Shown here: positions 9,789 through 22,350 of the stretch, one piece after another
Position numbering within the stretch: the stretch's first letter is position 1
Layout: every line of letters starts with the position of its first letter
NCBI RefSeq assembly: GCF_009914755.1
Contig: NC_060927.1
Length of the DNA stretch: 64,000 bases
Source: the human T2T-CHM13v2.0 reference genome, Homo sapiens
Direction: 5' to 3' (one strand)
Notes under the pieces: model-generated
The model's database searches: none
The model's input: only the letters and a program-made list of their open reading frames with translations
Told to the model about the DNA's origin: nothing
Translations under genes and position numbers: made by a program

Positions 9789-11586
9789 TGAGAGAACATT
9801 TTAAAAGGAAACTAATTTAGGGTCATCGTCTTGGAAATTGAGTCCTTCTTTTTGAGATTCTAATCTGCTCTTTTCTGTAATTTTCTGTAATTACATTCCA
9901 TAGGAGGAACATGTTGAAAATAATTGTATAAGAATTCTGCATCTTTTTTGTGGGAGTCCACTTTTAGTTTTTTCTGTTTTGAGAACTTAACAGGAGGCTG
10001 GCCCAAGGGCTGTGGCTTATAAAATTCAGAAGATGCTAGGCAGGATGCTGGGGTGTCGTTGATGATGATCTCATCCAAGGTCTTGGCAAAAGGCTTGCCC
10101 ATGGTTTCTGGCCATGCCCCATCCCTATTTGAGACACATGAGAGCCTGAAAAGATAAGCATAGCAGCTTCTTCTCAAATGGTCATGGGACTTCTCAACCC
10201 AGTGGCAGACTCCATGGGTAAACTGCTTTGGTGGTGAAATAGTTAAAAAAAACTTTGGCAAAGTGCTTCTTTCTCCTGCCTTAGCATTAGAATTCATTCG
10301 ATGTAATGGTTTTGACAATGCCTTGAGCATAATTACAGTGAAATATTTTTCCCCTCTCTACACCACAGTTCTTACAGTTTTATTAGAGAACAGTTTCACA
10401 AAAGCTTTTAAATATTTATTTTCAACTTATTAAATTATAGCATGTGCTATGTCATTTTTATGAGAAGGGGGTGTGTTTTCTTAGGATATAAGGGAGGGAA
10501 GATTGTTTTGCAGTATAATTAAAAGAGTATTAAAAGGGAATGGTGATTAGTGAGTGCAGTGCAGTAACCTGCAAAAAAGGTTTAGAAAAAAATTCAGTTG
10601 CTTCCATTTTGTTCAGTGTTTTTGGAGTAGGCATGATGCATATTTTTCAGCCTGGGGCATGTTGCGTATTTTTCAGCATGATGCAAACATAAGCATCTTT
10701 TTCATGGTTTTTGTAAATTAGTTGGCATCCCCATCTGTTCCCCAAGTTCTGTCTGATTATTTGAATGCATTTTCTCTAAGCATTTCCTTACTACTTGTTT
10801 TCCAATAACCTGCTATTTTCTTGGGCCACTCTCATGAGCGCACCATAGGACAGTCAGCTGTCTAGTCTAGTAAAGCCTGTCGGGAAGGTAAACAAGAATT
10901 TATATGCAGAAAAAACTATACCCATAGCCATCAACTTGGGAGCTCAGGACAAGGAACCAGTGAGAACTGAGAGCAGGAGGCCCTGATGGAATCTTTTCAG
11001 AGCCAGTTGCTTGCGTGTAATGCTGTTACACATTGTGTGGTTGTACATGTGTGTCAGAGAGAGGGAAAGACAGCTGGTTATGCTACTGAATTTGAAGGAA
11101 TTAGCACTTCTGATAGTGATGAATGGTCCACCCTAAATCGTTATTTCTTGCCTTGTATCCAGGAGCATTTGAAGGTTGAAGTTTGAGGCTAGTTTTTGGT
11201 CTTGAAGAAGGTATAGGGTGAGGAGGGTGTGGAGTTGAGCCTCCTAAGCCTGCTTCCTACTTTGAGTAGGAATGGATTTTAGACAACACAGTAACTTAAT
11301 TTTCTGTCTCCATTATTTTTCTTTGCATATGTACAGGATTTAGCATTGATACTTGCATTATATGCTAATGCAGGTTATCATGAACTCTCGGTTTGCTAGC
11401 CAAAGCAGATCAATGATTTTGATTGCTTTTAACCAGGTTTTTATGATCTTCAAAGTAGCATAGACCTTGAGGTGCAGAACTCTGCAGATCTAAAATTCAT
11501 TCCCTAAGAGCTGTGTAGTCAAATTATGACTCCTTTTTCCATTAATAGTTCCAGTTTATGTGCCTTTATACAGGGATAATCTATGC

Positions 11587-11764
11587 CAGGGTTTCTCCAT
11601 CTTCAGCACTGTTGATATTTGGGGCCAGATAATTTGTTCATTGTGGAGATCATCTTGTGCACTACAAGATGTTTAGCAGCATCCCTTTGTTGTGAATTAA
11701 AAATGTTTCCAGACATTGCCAAATGTCTCCTGGGGGGGCAGTCACCTCCAATTGAGAACTACTG
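11587..11764 (+). mobile_element. MER20 (hAT-Charlie), internally deleted
   Basis: gatgtttagcagcatccct, aaaaatgtttccagacattgccaaatgtc; perfect TSD atctatgc. Confidence 0.9.
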
Positions 11765-11935
11765 ATCTATGCATGTGTATGTTTGTGGCATGTGTGTATG
11801 TCAGTCTGTCAGTAGAAGTTAGACTCCATCGTTTTGCTTTACTCAGCTTTAATTAAACAGGTGCAACTGAGAGCTCCCACCTGAATTACATGTACACCTG
11901 GTGATTTTATCTTCCCTGCTAGTGGCCTATTCTTT

Positions 11936-12100
11936 ACCAATGCTTCTCACAGTGTAAAGTGCATTTGAATCACATAGGAATCTTGTTAAACTGCAGACTC
12001 CAATTCAGTAGGTCTGGGGTGGGCCTCACAATTTGCCTTATAACAAACTCCCAGATGATGTCAAGTCTGCTGGCCCTTAGACTGACTGTGGGTAACAAGG
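11936..12100. mobile_element. MER5A/B-like hAT element
   Basis: gaatcacataggaatcttgttaaactgcagact..caattcagtaggtctggggtgggcct..taacaaactcccagatgatg. Confidence 0.8.
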
Positions 12101-12439
12101 CTTTACCATTTACATGTCAGATGTTTCCTGGAAATGGGATACTGTTTGAATATTAACTCTGCCAATTGTTGTTCATTATTGATTTATACCCAGTCTGCAG
12201 TACCACAGCCTGTATTCCTGACCTACATGACCACCCATTTTTTTCAAAGAAGATACCAGGTGAGAGAATATGGCTAAATTAACTAAAATCTGTCCACATT
12301 TCTGGGGAACAAAATGACTCAAAATGCATACCATAGTTGGTGGGTCAGTAGCTACATTTTCATGCAAAAAGGGCGTTAAATGATTTTAGTTCCAATTTGT
12401 GGTTTTTCTCACACAGCACAAAGACTAAAATATATATAT

Positions 12440-12600
12440 AATAGCTGCCATTCTTTACTTAGTGCCAGTGATGTGTTGCCAAGCAGTGAGCTGAGTCTGT
12501 ACATCTGTCGGTTCTAATTCTCATGACAAATTTACAGGGTTTAGGATTATCTCCATTTTATAGCTGTGAAAATTGAGGCTCACAAAGGTCAAGAAGGAGC
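12440..12600 (-). mobile_element. MIR
   Basis: attatctccattttatagctgtgaaaattgaggctcacaaagg. Confidence 0.7.
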
Positions 12601-12773
12601 AAAGCCTGTGCGATTTCCCCACATTATATTGCAAAGAACACAAACCATTGCATAGGGCTGGTCCACACACAAGGATTTTTATCAAGAACACTCTGAATGG
12701 AGAACTATCAACTTAAAAAATCTTACTTAACATTGCATTTGTATTCTTTTTAAAAAGTGTGTATCTCTCAGAG

Positions 12774-13448
12774 CAGGGGTTTTTAAATGTTTGTTCTTAT
12801 ATCTGCCAAAAGAATGTTGAAAAACTAAGTACTCCTTTTCACATTTTTAACTGGCATCTAGATTCTTTCATTCAATGTTTAAATAGTTGTAAAAGGATAT
12901 ATTTTAACATTTGCCATCTAATGTAAAAGTCCTCATTAACAAATCGGACAGCCAAACCAGTCATTCAGGAAAAGTCTGACTTCATTTTTCAACCTAACGA
13001 AATCTGTAAATACATATCCCTCTGGTACCCATCTCATTTCTAAAAGATAAGGCATGAGGACTTGCCCTGCATTGTCCTCAGCTGAAGAAACAAGGCACTG
13101 CTCCATCCATTGTTTGGTTCTGAACCTGTTGCTGCTGCTGCTCTTGCTGCTCTGCTCTGCTCTGCTCTGCTCTGTCCTCATAGGACTCTCAGGATTAAGG
13201 CTTTCTATAGTTGTACCTTTGTCTGATGCCCCAGAGGGGTTTCCAACCCAGGAAGATGCACTTGATAAGAGTTTGCTAAGAAGTTTGTTTTGAAAGTGTT
13301 GTTGGAAAAGGAGAAGTCATAGAACACAAAGAGTATAGGTATGAATAGTGGACGTAGACGTTGATCCCTTAAATCTCTCCATGCCTGTACCCATAGAAAG
13401 TCTTTATGTACCCTCAGGGGTACATGTACCCCAGTTTAAAGACTATTG
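12774..13448. mobile_element. Old hAT-Charlie-like non-autonomous element (family uncertain)
   Basis: Termini caggggtttttaaa / tttaaagactattg; degenerate 8-bp TSD tctcagag/tcttggag. Confidence 0.55.
13129..13175. repeat. (CTG)n/(CTCTG)n simple repeat
   Basis: ttgctgctgctgctcttgctgctctgctctgctctgctctgctctg. Confidence 0.9.
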
Positions 13449-14024
13449 TCTTGGAGTACTCATATTCATGTTCTAGTACTGACACCACAGCATTATAGGA
13501 ACATTCAGTGAATCCGCTCCAATAAAAATGGGTTGTGGAAGCTGGTTTTATGGACACAAAAGTGAGGTAATTAAATCCAAACTGGCTTAAAGCAGTATCT
13601 TATTACAGCTTTCCGTTAGAGTTTCTACTATGGCTCAGAATTGTTATAACTTACTGTGGTTTATCACTATTATTATGTACAATACCAGTTCCTTATTTTT
13701 TCAAAAACATCACATCTGTCATCTTCAGTATTCTTTGGTACTAACCATAATTCTGGTTCTTCATTACAAATGATACACTCAGAGGGTTTTTTCAGTTTTT
13801 ATTTGCAGACACATATAATATATGTCAGCACAGATGTGTGCCTATATTTTATCTCCTCTGTGAGACACTGAGTATTAGTAATAATGCATCATATAATACA
13901 CATATGAAACACATGGTATATCTAAATGCTATAATACCAGTCATACCCATAATAACTTATATTATAATTCTTACCGCTTTTGATTTTATCTTATTTTTTG
14001 TACATTACAGTCAACCCTACTAAA

Positions 14025-14155
14025 ATACAGACTTCTTGAGAACAGGATGAGTATCACTGTCTGATTCATTTCTGTGTCCTACAGTGTCTACCACAAAGCA
14101 CTTATATGTAGAGGGAACCACATGAATTTTTTTTGAATAAATGAAAGAATGAACA
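14025..14155 (+). mobile_element. L2 3'-end fragment
   Basis: cttcttgagaacagga..gtctgattcatttctgtgtcctacagtgtcta..ttgaataaatgaaagaatgaa. Confidence 0.65.
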
Positions 14156-15072
14156 AATACTCCCTTTTGTGAAAAATACTGTAGCACTGTCCTAAGTAGT
14201 TTTATTCACTATTTAAGAGGATGCTCTAATATTTACCATGTACATGTTTTTAGGCATTTAAGAAAATGAGGTATGAGTGGGTTTCCCATCAGTGTTCTCC
14301 AAGAACATTATTTTCTCTATTTCATAGCTACAGAGCCTCTAGAAAGAATCAACACTGTTGGAACAGGTCCTTCTCTCCTTTCTTCAGATCCCTGCATTAG
14401 AACTGTATGTGCTTGCTTGTTTGAGGAGAACAGGGTTAGGTGGTAAACGTCCACATCCTAGCCCATCAGTCTCCTTTGGCTTTATCAACTCTGCTAACAA
14501 AGGAGTGACTATTTTATGTTTTCCTCAGAGTCCAGAGATCTACTGGACAAATATGTTTGTTTATTACATAAGCAACATTGTATCAACAGCAGTGACAGTG
14601 GAAAGGAAATATCTATAATCTGACCACCCTAAAACATCAATTATGTTTCTGTTTTCACAGATTGTTTTGCAGTTTTTCAGATGCTTGGTCCATAGAAATA
14701 AACTTAGGGTGATCATCAAGCAATAAAACGAATTCCACAAGCCATTAATGGTACTGTATTGTTTCTATTAGTTTCAGAAATCAGCCTGTAAATAGAGAAT
14801 AACTTCAGAGTCAGCTTAGCTTCTCATCTGTCACTTTAAGGAAACCTATTTTTCACTATGTTCACTATGTAAATCTTGAATTTAATGTTTCTGATGTTAT
14901 GAATATGGCAAGACTTTTATTCATTTAATATACAAACAACAAAGACAATCATTAGTACTAAGGCTATCCTGAGATGAACAGGGGATAGAGGATCCTATTC
15001 TCAAAGTGTTTATAGGCTAATTAGGAAAGAAAAAGGAGATAGTTCCAGCACAATTCAGTAAAGGCTCCAGAG

Positions 15073-15841
<769 letters not shown>

Positions 15842-18834
15842 CTCCAGAGGATAGACAGTTGAAACATCAGTGGCAAATTTGTCTTTCTCTGGAAAAGCGT
15901 CTGGTTTGGGCTGTCACCTTGTGCTTCTTCTGTCAGCCTTTTGCTTCATCCTGATGAAGTCCCCCAATTCACTGGCTTAGTCACTGCTTTGATGTTTCCA
16001 TCATTAATAAAGCCAGTCACTTGCTAACCGTCAAACATAGATGGGAGATTCTCTGCCTTCAAATGTTCTCTCCCAGTCCACAGAAAAGTCCTAAATGACA
16101 AAACTGTTTTCATAAGACATTGTGTTTTGTTTGAAACTCCAATTTGAAATAAGAGTATGGAAACCACTAAGTTGCCTGGTTTTTATAAATGGGTCCATCC
16201 ATAGTGCTATGCAGTTCAGCTGACATTTAATTCATTTCAGACCTTGATGAGACAAATACAGTGACAGCTACTATGTGCAAGGCACTGTACTTGCTATTTG
16301 TCTGTTCTTTTTTCCCCAAAACCTGCCTGTATTCTTGCACAGATCAGTCTGATCATACTTACAGTATTCTCCCAGTAACAACCAAATAGTATGATGATAC
16401 CAAAGCTTGTTTGGTCTTAAGATGTTTGAAACAGTGTAACAGTCACCCTAGTCCTAAGTATGTAACTTCATTTTGATGGGCTTAAATTCCTGTATTTGTT
16501 CTCATTATTCCAGAGCTAGTTTAATACATTACTTTTTCTTCCTGATTTAATATGTTGATTACTAAGCAGAAAACTGCATACATCACACTCCTTTATTTAT
16601 TTTTATATCTGCTCTCACAGCTAGACTTTGATAGCCTGATTATGATTATATCCCATTTTATCTTTTAGCAATTCTTGTCTAATACATAATTTTAACTGTG
16701 TTGCGTTGATAGTAGCTGTGTTCATGGTTAAATAACCATGGATTTCTAGCAGTTTGCAGAGTAATTACATGGAATTTATTGGAAAGCTTCTTTATTTGAG
16801 ATAAATTTTGGTAATCAGGCCTATAATTTATGTTTCCTTGCTTTCCTCCCTGCTTTTTCTATGGGACTTTTCACTGTTTAGTCTAAATTTTAAGAGCACT
16901 CATAAAAATAGCTGTGACCCGTCTTTTTTATTCTGTGTATGCTGCTTCCTTGTATTTCACAAGTCAAAGGTTTTCTAAAAATTACAGCTACAGCATACCA
17001 TAGCCATAATGTAATGTACAATTCATTTGACTTAGTCAGCAAGATCAGTAGAACAGTAACACTTTTTTTGGCATCTGCTAGTTGAATATGAGTGTACATC
17101 TATGTCTGCTTTATGTCCTTGTTACTGAAGATCCTGTCATCATCACTGAGATCCTTTAGAGATACCATAAATGGGTCCAGACCCAGCAATTTGGGTTAAT
17201 ACTATTTTCCTTCATTGTGAAATAAGAATTAGGGCAGGAAGTTAAGAAGGAGGCTTTAGCTTGGTGTCAGAGGAATATATGGTAAAAATGGTATACTGTT
17301 AGTCATTACTCTTCATCACCTGAACGATTAATCTTACTAGGCCCCCCAGAGGTCAGGAGAAGTGAAATAAGATGGAAATAGTCAAATGACCCATTAATTA
17401 TAAGGAGCTTGGTAGCTTTTAGCAGAGAATCAGGATTCTAAAAAGCGGTACTGAAATCCTCAAATTGAGCACAAGGACTGGAATTGAGGCAAATCTCACT
17501 CTTTTAAGAGCAGAAAAAGGAGCAAAGTAACTGAGAAAAAGGGTCTCTGAAAGGTGAGGTTCCAGAACAAGTAAAAGGCCAGTCTGAGGGTCCACAGGCA
17601 CAGAACTTGGGTAGTTAGGCAGCTACAAGGAGAATATTTTCATCTTGAGAACAAAGGAGGTGCCCATGATTCTGGGCTAGAAAAGACACTGTCCATGCTG
17701 CTATGAAAGGGCCAGGTGGAGACTTGAAAAGATGCTCAGGCTAGACCTGGAAGAAGAAACTGGAACTGACAGGGGAGTGACAACAAGTACAGCACATGTA
17801 AATTTGTACCAGGATAATTACTGCCTAAATAATGTGTTTTGACTTCTGCAGTACTGTATTGTTAGGGAGCTTTCTAGTAAGAACCTTTGGACAATGGATG
17901 TTCATTTAATACCGTGAATATTGTGCCTCTCCTATCACTCTTTTAATTTTTCTTATTAAAAATACCTACTCAAATGAAGTTTTCTTTATGCCGTTTACTC
18001 AGATGACATCTATCAAGAAGGAGCTTTTAAAAAGTTAATTACTGTGAATACACTGCTGTGCTAGAGAGTCTACTCATTTTTCTCACTTTTCTTTTTGTTT
18101 TCCTCCCCCACCCCCTGCTCCCACCACCACTCTGAATTGGGGTTCTTGATTATTTAGAAAAGATCCCTTAAATCAAAGTTTCCTCTTTTCCATACTTTCC
18201 ATTTTGATTGTTAATACACCCCCGCCCTCCCAAAAAAAATTACCTGTCTTCCAACAGATTAAGACTTTAGGTCTTTGTCAGACTAACAGTTTCAGGTAGA
18301 TGTCCCCTTAATCCTCCAAAGCCTACCTGGGCCTTCCACAGCCATGATGCCTTCCCCTGGCTGCCCTGTCCCTCTAGGGAGAAGTATCCAAAAAGCCACT
18401 CAGCATGTGATGCCTTGTATTATCACAGATGTGTGTGTATTCCTGAAAGTGCCTCCTGGTTCATGGCATACAGAGCTGCCTTTACACCTAGCATTGTGAT
18501 GGTGCTCCTCCTGGGCTTGTCCTCAGGTTCCTAATGCTTTCATTGTTTATCATTGTCTCCATTCCTTCCTCCCACTCTCTGCAGTTGATTTTGTACTCTC
18601 TGTGATCTGCGTTCTTCTGTATCTTGTCTGTTTGCCCAAGGTAGCCTTCTTTAAGACAGGGATAATGTCTTCCCTACTGCCTGTTCCCTATTACCCCCAG
18701 CAAGAGATTGCAGTAAACAGTGCAGGTGGCAGAGGGCAGGTGGAATGACTGACAGCATGTACACTCTCTAGTACCGAAGCACCAATAGGAACGAGACAGT
18801 GGAAAACTATGAGAGGCAGGGCAGGGCAGTGCAG

Positions 18835-19060
18835 AGCGAGAAATTCAGACTCTGGAGTTCAGTTTTTGCAGCTGAATCCCGGCTTTCCAACTTCTGTCTA
18901 GTGTGACTTGAGCAAGCAATTTAACCTCCCTACAAGTCTCATTTTCTTCATCTGTAGAATGGGGATAATATTAGAGCCTCCCTCACAATAGGGTTGTTCT
19001 GAAGATTAATAAAAAACAATCCATACAAAAAGTCCTTATCATAGTGCCTGGCACAATACA
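18835..19060 (+). mobile_element. MIR/MIRb
   Basis: gtgtgacttgagcaagcaatttaacctc..cttcatctgtagaatggggataata. Confidence 0.85.
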
Positions 19061-19089
19061 TGTCCGTTCTCATTAGAAGTAGGATGGTG

Positions 19090-19272
19090 AGTACTAAAAG
19101 AGTAGGTTTTAGATGTTCTCACCACAAAAAAATGATAAGTATGTAAGGTAACAAATACGCTAATTAGCTTGATTTAGCCATTCCACAATATCTAGATATA
19201 TAAAAACATCATGTTATAGGCCCTAAATATAGTTTTAATTTTCATTTAAAATATCAAATCAAATAAAAATAA
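19090..19272 (+). mobile_element. L1MA-type 3'-end fragment
   Basis: tgttctcaccacaaaaaaatgataagtatgtaaggt..taattagcttgatttagccattccacaat. Confidence 0.85.
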
Positions 19273-19505
19273 GTGCTACTTGCTTGGCATATTGGAAAAA
19301 AAAGTAGGACAGTGAGACAACACAGTGAGACAACGTCAGTCACAATGAGCTGACCTAAAGTAGGGGTCAGCTGGGGGAAGAATAGCACAAATCACATTGG
19401 AATGAAAGATATGACTACATAATGTTTATTGCGATCTATTTTAAGGCTTTTCATGGATCTTTTCAGCTATGCACATGGTTAGTCATAATGATTGTCATTT
19501 TAGGT

Positions 19506-19731
19506 CAGAGTTTCTCAGCCTTAGCATTGTTGACATTTTGGTTAATTCTTTGTTGTAGGGGCTGTCCTGTACACTGTAGGGTGTTTAGCAGCATCCCTGA
19601 TCTCTACCTACTAAATGCCAGGAGCAACACAGTACCTCCAGCTCAGTTGTGACAACTACTGAATGTCTCCAGACAACTACTGAATGTCTCCAGACATTGC
19701 AGAGAAATTGAGTCTGGTTGAGAAGTCACTG
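19506..19731 (+). mobile_element. MER20 with an internal 21-bp tandem duplication
   Basis: Typical MER20 body; TSD ttttaggt/ttttaggg; gacaactactgaatgtctcca twice at 19651-19692. Confidence 0.9.
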
Positions 19732-20084
19732 TTTTAGGGCATAATTTTTGGGTAGACTGTTAGATTCTTTGTGTTCGTTGTCTCTGGCCTGTATAACTCT
19801 TCTTAATTATCTGCTACTCAAATGTATTTGGGATCAGCCACTGTCTTCCATTTCTCTTTTGCTCACAGATCTACTCCACAGCTCTTCTCCCTTCCTGGAA
19901 GAGAATGATGCTGTGAATGTCCAATATCCAATGAAATGCCAGCATATCAAAATGGATGCTAATAGTTGACCTTCCCAAAGCCTCACTGATGCTCTGCTCA
20001 TCTTACTCCTGCTCTTCATTTTTTGGATGTGAATGTGTACTTTGTCTGCTGGGTTTAGATACTCATAGACTTGGTCTACTTAGG

Positions 20085-20428
20085 CAGCGGTCCCCAACCT
20101 TTTTGGCACCAGGGACCAGTTTTGTCAAAGACAGTTTTTCCATGGACATGGGAGAGGGTGGTGGTGGTGGATGGTTTTGGGATGAAACTGTCCCACTCGG
20201 ATCATCAGGCATTAGATTCTCATAAGGAGCATGCAACCTAGATCCCTCACCTGCACAGTTCACAATAGGGTTCACACTCCTATGAGAACCTAATGCTGCT
20301 GCTGATCTAACAGGAGGCAGAGTTCAGGCAGTAATGCTGCCTCATCCCGCTGCTCACCTCCTGCTATGTGACCCGGTAATAGGCCTCAAACTGGTACTGG
20401 TCTTCGGCCCTGGGGTTGGGGACTCCTG
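20085..20428 (-). mobile_element. MER1B, opposite orientation to the copy at 771
   Basis: cagcggtccccaacctttttggcaccagggacc ... ggggttggggactcctg; TSD tacttagg/tacttggg. Confidence 0.92.
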
Positions 20429-20719
20429 TACTTGGGGACTCAAAGTCTGGGTGGGTTGACTGGGTTAGTACACTGTATATACTATTCCTGGGCTTGGTTT
20501 CCATAGTCAAAAATGTCAAGTAGACTATTAAGGATATTTTATAATTTTTTTGACTCTTCAGAAGAAAATACAAAGCAGCAGATTGAAAGATACCCTAGTT
20601 GTCTGAGAAATAGGTCATTTGGGGTTTTCATATTGTTGGATAATTAATTTTTCAGTCTATTTTGTGTACTTTTAACTCTTTAAATTTCAATTATGGATTT
20701 TTAGATTAAATTAGTATTC

Positions 20720-20985
20720 CTAAATATTTGACACATATTTCAAAATGTGTGTATTAAAACGTATACTAGGAACAGTCTTCCTCTTACCACATCGTTCATC
20801 TCCCCAACTGTAACCACTGATACTAGTTTCTCTTATGTACTTGTAGAGTTTCTTTATGAGTACATAAGCAAACATAAATAAAGATTCTTATGCTCTCCCC
20901 TTTTTACACAAAAGTAGCTTACAAACACTGTTCCTCAGCATCTTGTTTTTTGCAGCCAAACATTTCTTGGAGATCTTTCCATTGG
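20720..20985 (-). mobile_element. L1ME-type 3' fragment
   Basis: gtaaccactgatactagtttctcttatgtacttgtagag..ttttacacaaaagtagc..ttcttggagatctttccat. Confidence 0.6.
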
Positions 20986-21364
20986 ATCAGTGTTCTTAAG
21001 CAGGAGCAGGAAAAGGGAATAAAAATAAACATGGTTGCTAAATACATCTTTACAACTTCATGCTAAAGAAATTAAACTTTGTAGGATCTATTTTTAATGG
21101 AATTAATATGTAGGAGGTATGGAAGACATATACTTTTGCTGTTTTGAAATTATTAAGATAGATTGTAACAGTAAGATTATTTGACTTATAACAACAGCTT
21201 GAGTGTTGTATATCTATCTTTATAATGTCTGTGTAGAGCACATGCATTTATTTTCTTAGTTGAAAAACTGAGGCCCAGGCAGATTAATACTATGCAAGGC
21301 CATCATTATGGTGGCCCTGGAACTGGTACTAGAGTGTGAGACTTGGCTTATAAAGAGAAGGAAA

Positions 21365-21570
21365 CAAGCATATTGAAGGTCTACTCTGTGCCACTAGATC
21401 TCACTTAATACTTATAGCAACTGTATGAGCTAAGTATTATTATTCTCATTTTGCAGATGGAGGAGAAACCAAAAAACTAAAATTTACAGAGGTTAAATAA
21501 TTTTCCAAACAGTACAGGTAACAGACCAGAATAAAAATTCACTGGCTGCGAAGTCTGTGTTCTTTCTACC
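21365..21570 (-). mobile_element. MIR
   Basis: gtattattattctcattttgcagatgg..agaggttaaataattttccaaa. Confidence 0.75.
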
Positions 21571-21689
21571 TAACAACCAGGCTACATGCCGGAAACCCCA
21601 GACAAAAAATGTTGACCTCAGAAGAGTTTCCTCTTATCCCATACCATGTTTTTGGTGTTCATTTGTTCATTCCTATGCTTTCTGCTCCA

Positions 21690-22062
21690 CCCACTTGGCT
21701 CCCTGACCCCTTCTACTGTTCTCCTCTTTGCTCACTCTGCTCCTCTGCCCACTCACCAGCTTCTTTGCTATTCCTCAAACAGAACACGGCATGGTGTGCT
21801 TTTGTGCTCGCTGTCTCCCCAGGAACCACTGGATTCCCCCTCACCTCATTAGTACCATCTGGCATACTATATTTTATGTATTTATTGATTACTGTCTCTC
21901 CTACTAGAATGTAAACTACATGCAGGTAATGGTGTGTGTGTATGTGCGCACACACGCATCTCATTCAATGATTAGTCAATCATTGGTCTATTTTGTTTAA
22001 TACTATATTTCTGGTAGGGAACAGTACCTGGTACTTAATTGGTATTCAATAAATATTTGAAC
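21690..22062 (+). mobile_element. L2 3' region
   Basis: ttgctcactctgctcc..ttctttgctattcctcaaac..ctactagaatgtaaactacatg..ttcaataaatatttgaa. Confidence 0.75.
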
Positions 22063-22159
22063 AAATACCTCTTCTATTTTTGAAATAGGTACCATATTTG
22101 AAAGCATGGGTATAACTAAGCAATAGACATATAGTAGGCCCTCCTCTCTATAGTCTAGG

Positions 22160-22350
22160 AATAACAGCTAGTTGAACAATTTTTATATGCCATGTACCGT
22201 GTTAGTCCTGCAAACAGTCATAGGAGGCAGGTATTACCGTCTTCTTATTTTACAAATAAGAACTGAGGCTCAAAAAAGTTAATTTGCCACAGGTCCTGGT
22301 GAGTAATTGGCAGAGCCAGAATGCCAGTGTAGTTTTTACTCCAAATCCTG
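22160..22350 (-). mobile_element. MIR
   Basis: gaggcaggtattacc..attttacaaataagaactgaggctcaaaaaagttaatttgcc. Confidence 0.75.
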
